A stretch of DNA of 44,261 bases from positions 1 through 44,261 of the forward strand of contig CAJOLY010000001.1 in the NCBI GenBank assembly GCA_905235485.1. Direction: 5' to 3'. Shown here piece after piece: positions 20,721 through 29,978 of this stretch. The translations under genes and the position numbers were made by a program. The stretch is from an uncultured Clostridia bacterium. Its GTDB lineage: Bacteria; Bacillota; Clostridia; Christensenellales; UBA1242. Each line of letters opens with the position of its first letter. The stretch's first letter is position 1. The notes under the pieces were generated by a model that made no database searches, was not told where the DNA came from, and worked only from the letters and a program-made list of their open reading frames with translations.

Positions 20721-22730
20721 ATGTCAAAAATAAACATATTGGATGAAAGCGTTTTTAATAAAATTGCTGCGGGAGAAGTTGTTGAAAGGCCGGCTAGCGT
20801 TGTTAAGGAACTCCTTGACAATAGCATTGATGCTGGTGCAAAAAATATTTCTATTTACATTGAAGATGGTGGAATTAAAAACATAACGATAACGGATGAT
20901 GGATCAGGAATTGAGCCTGATGATTTTGATAAAGTTTTTATTAGTCACGCAACAAGCAAAATCAAAACAGAAGAAGATCTTGCAAAAATTGGAACACTAG
21001 GTTTTAGGGGAGAAGCTCTTGCCAGCATTGCTAGCATCTCAAAAGTCAAACTCACAAGTAAAATCCAAAGTGAAACTTTTGCAAGATTCACTGAAGTTGT
21101 TGGAGGAAAACAAAGTCAAACAATTGAACTTGGTGGAGATAATGGCACAAATATAAGTGTTAGTGACATATTTTTCAATATTCCCGCAAGAGCTAAGTTT
21201 TTAAAAAAGCCAAAAAGTGAGGCCAGTGAAATAACAAACCTTGTTGAAAGATATATTTTAAGTAATCCTGACATTAGTTTTAAGTACACAAATGATGGAA
21301 AAGAAGTTTATCACAGCACAGGAACAAATCTTTTTGATGCAATTTATGTTGTTTATGGAAAATCAGCGACTGATGGAATAATCAAAGTTGATGAATTTAA
21401 TGCAAATAGTGGAATTAGAGTTTCAGGATATATTGGACTTCCAACATTTTCAAAGCCAAATCGAACATATCAAACACTTGCCATAAATGGGAGATATGTT
21501 TCATCTCAACTTATTTCAACTTGTGTTTATAATGCATATGAACATTATCTTATGAAAGGACAATTTCCTTTTTATGTTTTAAATTTAGAAATCCCATTAG
21601 ACAAACTTGATGTAAATGTTCATCCATCAAAAATGGAAGTAAGATTTAACAACTCAAATGAAATTTATGGAAATGTGTATAACGCAGTGAGTTCTGCACT
21701 ATATAAATGTGACAAAATAACTTCGCCAGTTGATTTCATTACAACTTACAAAGAAAAAAAAGATGGTTTTAGTTTTTCTTTGAATAATGTTAATGAAACT
21801 GACGAAAATAGCATAATGCAAACAAAAATTGTTGAGATAAATATCCCAAATGATAATGTTTTTCAATCAAATAGCAATATTCAAAATCAAAATTCTAATG
21901 AACCATCTAACAATTATCAAAACAATAGAAATTTGAGTGATTTCTTTGGTAATCGAATCAACAAAAGTGATATGACTTTTAATGAAAGCTCAAGCCCAAT
22001 TTTAGATAGAATATTAAAAAGCAGAAATTTAAATGCTCAAAATTCTGAAAATGGCTTTAAGGAAAAACAAAATTCTTTATTGCAAAATATTCAAACTATG
22101 ATTGATGAGTCAGGTGCTTTGGAGAAAACCAAAACTCAAGAATTTTTTGAAACAAGTGATGTGAAATTTGTTGGTCAAATATTTAATTTATATTTGATTG
22201 TTGAAAAGCAAAACAAGGTGTATATAATCGATGAACACGCAGGTCACGAAAGATTACTTTTTGATAGATTTGTTAAAGAAGTTGATAGTCGTGATGTAAC
22301 AAAACAAAATTTGCTGATGCCAATAACGGTTGATGTAAATAATCAAGAATTTGAATTTATTGATGAAAATTTGGACAAATTACAATCACTTGGATTTGAT
22401 ATTGAGCAATTTGGAAATAAAACTTTTTCAGTTAGAAGTATTCCGGCAGTTTTAACTGATATAGACATTAAAAAATTCTTTGATGAGATATTGAAAGATT
22501 TATCAAATATGAAGGCACTTAAGCAAAGTGATCTAATACTTACAAGACTTATGCAACATAGTTGCAAATGTGCTGTGCGAGCTGGAAAAATTCTTTCAAG
22601 TGGCGAAGTTAATACACTTATTGAACAAATGAAAAAAGAAAATATGCAACTTCAATGTCCACACGGCAGACCTGTTGTTGTTGAATTAACAAAAACGGAT
22701 GTGGAAAAGTGGTTTAAAAGAATAGTTTAG
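20721..22730 (+). CDS. mutL: DNA mismatch repair endonuclease MutL
   Basis: KIAAGEVVERP, GFRGEALASI, DEHAGHER, CPHGRP. Confidence 0.98.
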   Translation: MSKINILDESVFNKIAAGEVVERPASVVKELLDNSIDAGAKNISIYIEDGGIKNITITDDGSGIEPDDFDKVFISHATSKIKTEEDLAKIGTLGFRGEALASIASISKVKLTSKIQSETFARFTEVVGGKQSQTIELGGDNGTNISVSDIFFNIPARAKFLKKPKSEASEITNLVERYILSNPDISFKYTNDGKEVYHSTGTNLFDAIYVVYGKSATDGIIKVDEFNANSGIRVSGYIGLPTFSKPNRTYQTLAINGRYVSSQLISTCVYNAYEHYLMKGQFPFYVLNLEIPLDKLDVNVHPSKMEVRFNNSNEIYGNVYNAVSSALYKCDKITSPVDFITTYKEKKDGFSFSLNNVNETDENSIMQTKIVEINIPNDNVFQSNSNIQNQNSNEPSNNYQNNRNLSDFFGNRINKSDMTFNESSSPILDRILKSRNLNAQNSENGFKEKQNSLLQNIQTMIDESGALEKTKTQEFFETSDVKFVGQIFNLYLIVEKQNKVYIIDEHAGHERLLFDRFVKEVDSRDVTKQNLLMPITVDVNNQEFEFIDENLDKLQSLGFDIEQFGNKTFSVRSIPAVLTDIDIKKFFDEILKDLSNMKALKQSDLILTRLMQHSCKCAVRAGKILSSGEVNTLIEQMKKENMQLQCPHGRPVVVELTKTDVEKWFKRIV

Positions 22731-22752
22731 TTAAGGTGAATTTAAAAAAAAT

Positions 22753-23679
22753 ATGGAGCAAATTAGAAAGCCAAAAATTATTTGTATTGGTGGACCAACA
22801 GGTGTTGGAAAAACTGCACTTGCAATTAAATTTGCAAAAATTTTTAATGGCGAAATAATTTCTTGTGACAGTATTGCAATATATAAGCATCTTGACATTG
22901 GCTCTGCAAAACCTACAAAAGTTGAACAATCACTTGCCGAGCACTATATGATTGACATCAGAGAACCTAATCAAGAGTTTTCTATGGCCGAATATAGAGT
23001 TGAGGCAAGAAAAATCATCAATGACATTCTCAGTCGTGGCAAGGTTCCTATTGTTGTTGGAGGAACAGGGCTATATATGAAAGGCTTGCTTTTTCCAATG
23101 GAACTAGGCAAAAGTGATAAATCGGCTGAAATAAGAGAGAGATATAAAAAACTTGCAGAGGAAAATGGTGGGCAATTTGTTCTTGATTATCTAGTGAAAA
23201 TTGATCCTGAAAGTGCTTTAAAACTTCACGTAAAAGATGTAAATAGAATAATAAGAGCAATTGAAATATATGAACTTACTGGCAGAACAAAATCATCTTA
23301 CAAAACTAAACTTGAAAGCGAATATGATTATATGCTCATATTTTTGAATGATGACAGGGAAAAAATATATGAAAAAATAAATCATAGAGTTGAAAAAATG
23401 CTTGATCTTGGACTTGAAAATGAAGTTAAATGCTTAATAAAAAACTTTAAATTAACAAAAGATAATCAAAGTATGCAAGGAATAGGATATAAAGAATTTT
23501 TTGATTACTTTGAAAATAAAATATCTTTAGATGAACTTGTTGAAAATATAAAAAAAGATAGTAGACATTATGCAAAAAGGCAAATCACTTGGTTTAAGGC
23601 AATGCCAAATGTTAAAGAATATCAGTGCACAAAAGTTGATGAAATTATTGGTGATGCAAAATCGTTTTTGACAAAATAA
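22753..23679 (+). CDS. miaA: tRNA dimethylallyltransferase
   Basis: GPTGVGKT, DIGSAKP, VGGTGLY, YAKRQITWF. Confidence 0.97.
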   Translation: MEQIRKPKIICIGGPTGVGKTALAIKFAKIFNGEIISCDSIAIYKHLDIGSAKPTKVEQSLAEHYMIDIREPNQEFSMAEYRVEARKIINDILSRGKVPIVVGGTGLYMKGLLFPMELGKSDKSAEIRERYKKLAEENGGQFVLDYLVKIDPESALKLHVKDVNRIIRAIEIYELTGRTKSSYKTKLESEYDYMLIFLNDDREKIYEKINHRVEKMLDLGLENEVKCLIKNFKLTKDNQSMQGIGYKEFFDYFENKISLDELVENIKKDSRHYAKRQITWFKAMPNVKEYQCTKVDEIIGDAKSFLTK

Positions 23680-23726
23680 TTCTTGCAAAAAGATTTATTA
23701 TATTGTACTATATATTAGGAGAGAAA

Positions 23727-24398
23727 ATGAACAAAAAAATTGTTATTGCAATAGACGGACCAGCGGGTGCGGGAAAAACAACGGTTGCAAAAGAACTTGC
23801 AAAAAAAATGGATATTCCATATTTTAGCACAGGCTCTATGTATAGGGCACTTGCACTTAAATGCATCCAACTTGGACTTGATGCAACAAATGAAAAAGAT
23901 GCAAATCTTATTGCCAACAATACAACCGTTGGCATCAAATATGAAAATGGAAAGCAATATGTTTTGCTTGATGGCGAAAATGTAACTGAACTTCTTTACA
24001 CTGATCAAATAAGTGCAGGGGCCAGTCAGATTTCAGTGCATAAAATAATAAGAGAAAAAATGGTTGAAATTCAAAGGCATGTTGCACAAAATCAGAGTGT
24101 TATCATGGATGGGCGAGATATTGGTTCAGTTGTGCTTCCAATGGCGGACTTCAAGTTTTATTTAGATGCGGATGTTAAAGTTCGTGCAAAAAGGCGTTTT
24201 GATGAGTTAAAAAGCAAAGGAAATAATATTTCTTTTGAAGAAGTGCTTAAAGATATGAAAGAGCGTGATATTAGAGACAAAAGCCGTGAAATTTCACCGC
24301 TTGTGATTTGTGACGATGCAATTGTTATTGACAGCACAAATTTAAGTATAGATGGTGTTTTGAATGAATTTTTTAAACATATAGGTGAAAAGAAATGA
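23727..24398 (+). CDS. cmk: Cytidylate kinase
   Basis: IAIDGPAGAGKTT, TGSMYRA, DGRDIG; AGGAG RBS before ATG 23727. Confidence 0.96.
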   Translation: MNKKIVIAIDGPAGAGKTTVAKELAKKMDIPYFSTGSMYRALALKCIQLGLDATNEKDANLIANNTTVGIKYENGKQYVLLDGENVTELLYTDQISAGASQISVHKIIREKMVEIQRHVAQNQSVIMDGRDIGSVVLPMADFKFYLDADVKVRAKRRFDELKSKGNNISFEEVLKDMKERDIRDKSREISPLVICDDAIVIDSTNLSIDGVLNEFFKHIGEKK

Positions 24399-25024
24399 TG
24401 TATTGGATAAGTATGTTTTTGTTTTGGATATATGTCACCTTATTTTATCCAACAAAAATTATAAACAAAAAAAATCTTGTTACAAAAAAAGCGATTTGGG
24501 CATCAAATCACACAAGCAATCTTGACGTATTAGTTCTTGGGACAAGGGTTTTCAAAAGGTTTTATGCACTCGCAAAAGCAGAATTATTCAAAAATAAACT
24601 TTTTGGGGGATACTTAAAAAGTATTGGAGCAATCAAAGTTCAAAGAGGAACAAGCGATATAAATGCTGTTAAAACTTGCTTGAGGGTTTTGAAGGAAAAA
24701 GATAAGCCTATTTTAATTTTTCCAACAGGAACACGAAATTCAAGTCCTGAAGAAGTGCAAGACTTAAAAAATGGCGTTGCAATGTTTGCTCTCAAAGCAA
24801 ATGCACCAATTGTGCCAATAGTGCTTGTTAGAAAGCCAAAACTATGGAGAAGAAATAGAGTGGTTATCGGCGAGCCAATTGACGTTTCAAAATACCAAGG
24901 TCAAAAGTTAACAAAAGAAATTTTTGATGAAATAAACGATCAAATCACTGCAAGTATGGAAGCGATGATTAACAAATATGGTTACAAAAATAAAACAAAA
25001 AAGAGAAAAAAGGCGGAAGCATAA
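24395..25024 (+). CDS. plsC: 1-acyl-sn-glycerol-3-phosphate acyltransferase
   Basis: NHTSNLD and FPTGTR motifs; follows cmk. Confidence 0.88.
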   Translation: MMYWISMFLFWIYVTLFYPTKIINKKNLVTKKAIWASNHTSNLDVLVLGTRVFKRFYALAKAELFKNKLFGGYLKSIGAIKVQRGTSDINAVKTCLRVLKEKDKPILIFPTGTRNSSPEEVQDLKNGVAMFALKANAPIVPIVLVRKPKLWRRNRVVIGEPIDVSKYQGQKLTKEIFDEINDQITASMEAMINKYGYKNKTKKRKKAEA

Positions 25025-25807
25025 ATGTTTGTGATATTATCCGGAAGTTCTGGAGTAGGAAAAAATACTGTTATAAAAGAAATGCAAAAGACAAATGAAA
25101 ATATTGTTATGATGCCAACTTTCACAACTCGAGAAAAGCGTGAAGGTGAAATTGATGGAAAACCTTATTTTTACATAACAAAAGATGATTTTCAAAACAA
25201 AATAAAAAACGAAGAATTTATTGAACATGAATTTATCCACAACAATTATTATGGCTCTTCATATATTGTTTTTGACGAATATATAAATAGAGGGAATATT
25301 CTCATAAAAGATATAGGAGTTGAAGGTGCTCAGAATTTAACACTCAAACTTTCAGATAGAACACCAATAATCAAAATATTTTTGACAGTTCATCAAAAAA
25401 AAGAATTGGTTAAAAGGCTTAAAGGTCGTGGCGAAAAACAAATCAAACTACGTCTTAGTCGATTTGGTTATGAACAAAAACAAATGAATAAATTTGATTA
25501 TATCATATATAATTCAAGTTTAGAAGAAACTAGTGATATCGTTAACAATCTCACAAAATTGACAGATGAAGATTTTTTAAGTGACAAGGATTTAACAAAA
25601 CTTAATCCTTACAAAGTGAAATATTATATAAATAAACTGAATGCCGGAAAAATACTATCACCAATAAAAATAGTTGTCAAAAATGGGAAGGCATATGTTC
25701 TTAAGGGTGCAGAAAAGCTTGTTGCAAGTTTTGTTTCAAACAAACCTGTTGCAAAAGTTGTTGTGAATAAGAATATCAAAACTGAAAAGTTTGTGCATAA
25801 TTTTTAA
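25025..25807 (+). CDS. gmk: Guanylate kinase-like protein with C-terminal extension
   Basis: LSGSSGVGKNT, TTREKREGEIDGKPYFY, NYYG; about 75 extra C-terminal residues. Confidence 0.8.
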   Translation: MFVILSGSSGVGKNTVIKEMQKTNENIVMMPTFTTREKREGEIDGKPYFYITKDDFQNKIKNEEFIEHEFIHNNYYGSSYIVFDEYINRGNILIKDIGVEGAQNLTLKLSDRTPIIKIFLTVHQKKELVKRLKGRGEKQIKLRLSRFGYEQKQMNKFDYIIYNSSLEETSDIVNNLTKLTDEDFLSDKDLTKLNPYKVKYYINKLNAGKILSPIKIVVKNGKAYVLKGAEKLVASFVSNKPVAKVVVNKNIKTEKFVHNF

Positions 25808-25862
25808 TAAAAAATCTAAGTCCATAATTTTAAAAAAAAATTTAGAAATATCAAAAAAAGTG

Positions 25863-25891
25863 TTGACAAAAAAATGCTTTTATAATATTAT
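25863..25891 (+). promoter_or_regulatory. SigA promoter of the tRNA operon
   Basis: TTGACA-17 bp-TATTAT. Confidence 0.8.
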
Positions 25892-25919
25892 AAATAAGTC
25901 AGCAAAATTATGGTCGCTT

Positions 25920-25995
25920 CGGGGTGTGGCGTAGTTGGTAGCGCACGTGGTTTGGGACCATGGGGCCGGGAGTTCAAGTCTCTCCACCCCGACCA
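25920..25995 (+). tRNA. tRNA-Pro(TGG)
   Basis: Cloverleaf, anticodon loop TT-TGG-GA, GTTCAAG T-loop, encoded CCA. Confidence 0.95.
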
Positions 25996-26017
25996 GAATT
26001 GTGCCTTTGGCACAGAT

Positions 26018-26094
26018 GGACCTTTAGCTCAGTTGGTTAGAGCAACCGGCTCATAACCGGTCGGTCCGCGGTTCAAGTCCGTGAAGGTCCACCA
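26018..26094 (+). tRNA. tRNA-Ile2 (CAT, lysidine type)
   Basis: CAT anticodon with the GGACCTT acceptor stem and body typical of Firmicute Ile2 rather than Met. Confidence 0.85.
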
Positions 26095-26104
26095 ATTTTG
26101 TTTT

Positions 26105-26181
26105 GGCTCTGTAGCTCAGTTGGTTAGAGCGCTGCCCTGTCACGGCAGAGGTCGTGGGTTCAAATCCCTTCAGAGTCGCCA
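26105..26181 (+). tRNA. tRNA-Asp(GTC)
   Basis: Cloverleaf, CT-GTC-AC loop, CCA end. Confidence 0.95.
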
Positions 26182-26233
26182 CTTTTGCACTACGGTGCAA
26201 ATTTTTAAGATTAGACATTTTTTTGTCTAACTT

Positions 26234-26309
<76 letters not shown>

Positions 26310-26334
26310 AGTTAAGTGTTATGCTTAACTTTAT

Positions 26335-26410
26335 GCTGGTGTGGCTCAATTGGCAGAGCAGCTGATTTGTAATCAGCAGGTTGTAGGTTCGATTCCTATC
26401 ACCAGCTCCA
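26335..26410 (+). tRNA. tRNA-Thr(TGT)
   Basis: Cloverleaf, TT-TGT-AA loop, CCA end. Confidence 0.95.
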
Positions 26411-26414
26411 ATAT

Positions 26415-26499
26415 GGGTAGATGCCTGAGCGGCCAAAAGGAGCAGACTGTAAATCTGTCGGCGATGCCTACGGTGGTTCGAATCCATCTCTACCCACCA
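26415..26499 (+). tRNA. tRNA-Tyr(GTA), integration target
   Basis: 85 nt with long variable arm, CT-GTA-AA loop, CCA end. Confidence 0.95.
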
Positions 26500-26537
26500 A
26501 GTGTTGAAGTGAATTTTCACATCAGCACTTTTTTATT
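26482..26537 (+). repeat. attL, 56-bp direct repeat (tRNA-Tyr 3' end plus operon terminator)
   Basis: ATCCATCTCTACCCACCAAGTGTTGAAGTGAATTTTCACATCAGCACTTTTTTATT, identical at 43367-43422. Confidence 0.95.
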
Positions 26538-26653
26538 GATTTTGTAAAATATTTTATAAAAATTCTCAGTAAATACTTATTTTATTTGTTATATATTTAT
26601 AATTTTTATCCTGGTATAATTTTTAAGTTGATTTCATTAAAAAATGACTTTCT

Positions 26654-26697
26654 AGCAGATTTTCAGCAGATTTTAAGTACACAAATGAGTACACAAA
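26654..26697. repeat. Candidate integrase arm-type sites (left)
   Basis: AGCAGATTTT x2 then AGTACACAAA x2 at 11-12 bp spacing; related motifs at 43274-43306. Confidence 0.65.
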
Positions 26698-26698
26698 A

Positions 26699-27883
26699 CT
26701 ATTTTTTGATATTATTTATAATATCAACAAACTTATTATTTGTTTCTTTATTTAAATGAGTATAAATTTTTGTTGTGATAACACTTCCTTTTTCGTGGCC
26801 AACCCAACTTTGAACAACATATAGTGGGATATTGTTTTCTTGGCATCTTGTTATAAAAGTATGTCTTAAGTTATGTGTAGTAATTTTTCTTATGTTGCTT
26901 TCCTGAATAATTGTTTTGAGTTGCCTATCAACAGTGTTAATTCCAATATCAAATATATAATCATTATTTTTTTTGTTTTTGATCGATTCTTTTAAAACTT
27001 TTATTGATTTTTCAAACAGTGGCATTATTCTATTGCTTTGTGAATTTTTTGTGTCAGTTCTTTCTGTGTGAGGATTTAAACTTTCATCTACAGTTAAAGT
27101 TTTATTTTCAAAATCAATGTCTTTAACTTGTAAAGCTCTGCATTCTCCTTTTCGTAGTCCTTGATATAAGCAGATTAAGAAGAAGTTTCCATATTTGTTG
27201 TTTTTGCAAACTTCAATAAATTGTTGTTCTTCATAATTTGTCAATGCAATATTTTCTTTTGCTTTGTAAATTGGTTTTTCAACAAGTTTCATTATGTTTG
27301 TGTCAACAAGTTTGTTTAATAGTGCTTTTTCATACAGTGCATTGAGCAGAGTATAAGTCCTTAATCTTGAACTGTTTCCTGAAATATTATTTATAAGGTG
27401 TTGAACTTCAAATTGATTGATTTTTTTGATTGGTTTATTATAAAGTGATTGAGCATTTTTAAAATCAATATTCGTTGCTCTTATAGTTGTATCTTTAACA
27501 TTTTTTGATTTATACAAAGTTATAAACTTGTCAAACCATTCTTTGAGTGTTATATCACTTGATATTGAGTTGATATCTTCATTTTTAATTTTTTTGTATT
27601 TTTGAATAACATCTTTTTGTGTTTTTCCGTAAACTGTAATTTGTCGGCCATTTTTATAAAATCTAATTTGCCAACAATTTCTGTTTGGTGTTTTTGTAAT
27701 TTGTTTTCCATCGTATGTCAAAATTTCAATCTCCTTTGGTTTTAGATTTTCATTTTGACTTTGTGTATTATTTGAATTAAATTCTTTTTCGAATGTTTGA
27801 TTTGGTTGACCTTCCATAAGTCCTGCTAGAAATAGTGCTTCAATTTCAGCAAGCTGACATATTTCTTTTCCAAGTTCAAACAA
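26699..27883 (-). CDS. int: Tyrosine integrase (true start possibly ATG 27942 via a -1 frameshift)
   Basis: GLRKGE, HNLRHTF, VGH, TTKIYTH catalytic motifs; arm-binding-like N-terminus; adjacent to attL. Confidence 0.93.
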   Translation of the reverse strand: MFELGKEICQLAEIEALFLAGLMEGQPNQTFEKEFNSNNTQSQNENLKPKEIEILTYDGKQITKTPNRNCWQIRFYKNGRQITVYGKTQKDVIQKYKKIKNEDINSISSDITLKEWFDKFITLYKSKNVKDTTIRATNIDFKNAQSLYNKPIKKINQFEVQHLINNISGNSSRLRTYTLLNALYEKALLNKLVDTNIMKLVEKPIYKAKENIALTNYEEQQFIEVCKNNKYGNFFLICLYQGLRKGECRALQVKDIDFENKTLTVDESLNPHTERTDTKNSQSNRIMPLFEKSIKVLKESIKNKKNNDYIFDIGINTVDRQLKTIIQESNIRKITTHNLRHTFITRCQENNIPLYVVQSWVGHEKGSVITTKIYTHLNKETNNKFVDIINNIKK

Positions 27884-27949
27884 TTTTCTATGATTTTCAA
27901 TATGTTTTTGAATTATAGCTTTTTTTCATCAGTCATATTCATATTAAAA

Positions 27950-28756
27950 TTATTTTCTCCTTTTAATAAATTGACCTAATTTTCTTGGCATAATATCATT
28001 TATTCTTTTTATATCGTCCATTGTTAAATCAATTCTATTGTATTTGTTTTCATCATATAATTTAATTTTTGTCTCTTTTCTGTTATTATATTTTTCATTA
28101 TCTTCAATTCCCCAAAATTCAATATAAACATCTCCTTCTGGTAAATAAAAATCTGATAGTACAACAGCATTTGGTTCTGTGTCCATATAAACTGATTTTT
28201 CGTATGCATGAACATAATTGTTTCTGTATAGCCAATCATCGATTATTTTTTCTGCTTCAGATCTAACATAGTGTCCATCATCACATTGATGTTCTCTTGG
28301 CCATTTATTTCTAAAATCTTCATCATTAAATTTTTGACTTGTTTCAATATTTTTACTATTTTTCATTATTTCTAAAATATCTTTATTTGCGATTTTTGTT
28401 AAGTAGTCATCATCATAGATATTTTGGAATTCTTCAGATAAAGCAAACATAATGGAAATGTTATCTTTAATTTCTTCTAAATTGTTAGATTTCTTTGTAA
28501 GTTGTTTTAATTCAAAATAATGGTCTCTAATATTGTTTTCATTTCTATTGTGGTCAAAATTTTGTCTAATTGGTTTTATTTTATTTCTATAACAATCTAA
28601 ACAAAATAAATAATTATTATCTGTTTCTTCTTCACAAAGAATACACTTTTCATTTTTTATTTCGTTAGCATTATCATCTTTATTCTCATTTTCTATTTCT
28701 GTATTTTTATTGTTGTTATAATAATTTTTTTTATATCTATAATTCCAATATCCCAT
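27950..28756 (-). CDS. Zn-finger plus PD-(D/E)xK-like nuclease-fold protein
   Basis: CILC...CLDC; VRSEAEKIIDDWL...YEK...SDFYLP...YIEFWG; AAGGAG RBS. Confidence 0.6.
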   Translation of the reverse strand: MGYWNYRYKKNYYNNNKNTEIENENKDDNANEIKNEKCILCEEETDNNYLFCLDCYRNKIKPIRQNFDHNRNENNIRDHYFELKQLTKKSNNLEEIKDNISIMFALSEEFQNIYDDDYLTKIANKDILEIMKNSKNIETSQKFNDEDFRNKWPREHQCDDGHYVRSEAEKIIDDWLYRNNYVHAYEKSVYMDTEPNAVVLSDFYLPEGDVYIEFWGIEDNEKYNNRKETKIKLYDENKYNRIDLTMDDIKRINDIMPRKLGQFIKRRK

Positions 28757-28769
28757 ATATATTTCTCCT

Positions 28770-29084
28770 TTATTGTGCTAGAAGTAGTCCATCGCAGACA
28801 CTATCTAATTTGATTAAATTGCTATTGTTTAACAATGGCAATTTTTTTATTAGTTCTTTTGCAATAGATGAATAATAACTTATATCAATTTCATTTCTTT
28901 GATGATTGCATAAATAATCTAGCGATACATTATAGTAATCAGCAATTTGGCATAGAGTTTTAATATCTGGTTCACTTAATTTTTGTTCGTATGATGCATA
29001 AGTTGTTCTAGCAATATTTAAATATTTTGCTATTTCATTTTGCGTTGTTTTATTCTGTTTTCTCAGTTCAATTAGTTTTTCCAT
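28770..29084 (-). CDS. XRE/cI-like HTH repressor
   Basis: LIELRKQ..TQNEIAKYLNIARTTYASYE...IADYYNVSLDYL. Confidence 0.9.
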   Translation of the reverse strand: MEKLIELRKQNKTTQNEIAKYLNIARTTYASYEQKLSEPDIKTLCQIADYYNVSLDYLCNHQRNEIDISYYSSIAKELIKKLPLLNNSNLIKLDSVCDGLLLAQ

Positions 29085-29105
29085 AATTATTTTCTCCTTA
29101 AATTG

Positions 29106-29207
29106 ATATTATAATTATTTTTAAAAAATGTCAAAATTTTCGTAAAAATTGTTTGACAATGATTAAATATTAGTATATAATGCAAATATAAGACGAAAAT
29201 ATCGTCA
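29106..29207. promoter_or_regulatory. Divergent promoter/operator switch
   Basis: Plus strand TTGACA(29153)-17-TATAAT(29176); minus strand TTGACA(29134)-17-TAATAT; related operator-like sites GACGAAAATATCGTCA and (rc) TACGAAAATTTTGACA. Confidence 0.75.
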
Positions 29208-29344
29208 AAATAGATTATAAAAAAAGGAGAATAAAAAATGTTATCCTCGTAGGATAACATCAAACTAAATTATGTTAAATTGGAATGCATCAATTCATAT
29301 TTTGAGAATTGAAAATAATGTTATTAAATTTTATACAATACCAC

Positions 29345-29635
29345 TTACATTGCTAGAATTGCGTAAGGGTTAATAGTAACTTTTGGATTATATAAAAAAT
29401 AACTGTCTCTATGAATAGGATCTAAACTATGTAAATTTATTGGTTCTGGTGCATCTTTTAAATTTATAAATGATAATCCTATTGAATTAAAGTATAACCA
29501 AGTTAATTTATAGTCAAAATCTATGTCGTATAATTTATAGTTATTGATTATGTTTTGTTTTAAAAATATAATCCCTGAGTTAAAATCATTTTCAAATTCA
29601 GCAAATATTATTTTTGTTATTTCGTCGTATGACAT
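29345..29635 (-). CDS. Hypothetical protein (antisense-oriented cargo)
   Basis: 96 aa ORF with AAGGAG RBS. Confidence 0.6.
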   Translation of the reverse strand: MSYDEITKIIFAEFENDFNSGIIFLKQNIINNYKLYDIDFDYKLTWLYFNSIGLSFINLKDAPEPINLHSLDPIHRDSYFLYNPKVTINPYAILAM

Positions 29636-29755
29636 ACTAAATCTCCTTGTGTGGATTTTATACAGTTAATCGACTAACTGTCCTCCTTTAAAATTTAGTA
29701 TATCACAAAAGTAATAAAAAGTAAATTAAAGAAAATTAAAAAAGGGTGGTGCCTT

Positions 29756-29968
29756 ATGACTCAACAAAAAGAAACAAAGACAATTTGTTATTGTGTAACA
29801 ATATTTGATTATATGTTTCTTGCTGTAACAGAAAAGATGATGTTTTACACAATAGCAGAAGCTGAACAATGTTTTAAGGAACTTAAGTTTAAAAATTTAA
29901 GTGTCAGATTATCAGCTTTGGAAGTAACAAGCACAACAACAGTATCAGAGAAGATATTGAGTATGTAA
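29756..29968 (+). CDS. Hypothetical protein
   Basis: 70 aa; GGGTGG RBS-like sequence; in an operon with the next ORF. Confidence 0.55.
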   Translation: MTQQKETKTICYCVTIFDYMFLAVTEKMMFYTIAEAEQCFKELKFKNLSVRLSALEVTSTTTVSEKILSM

Positions 29969-29978
29969 TGGAGAGATT

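Noticed and set aside
26654-26697. Short repeats as a CRISPR array or iterons
   Set aside because: 10-bp units without spacers, no cas genes; better explained as integrase arm sites
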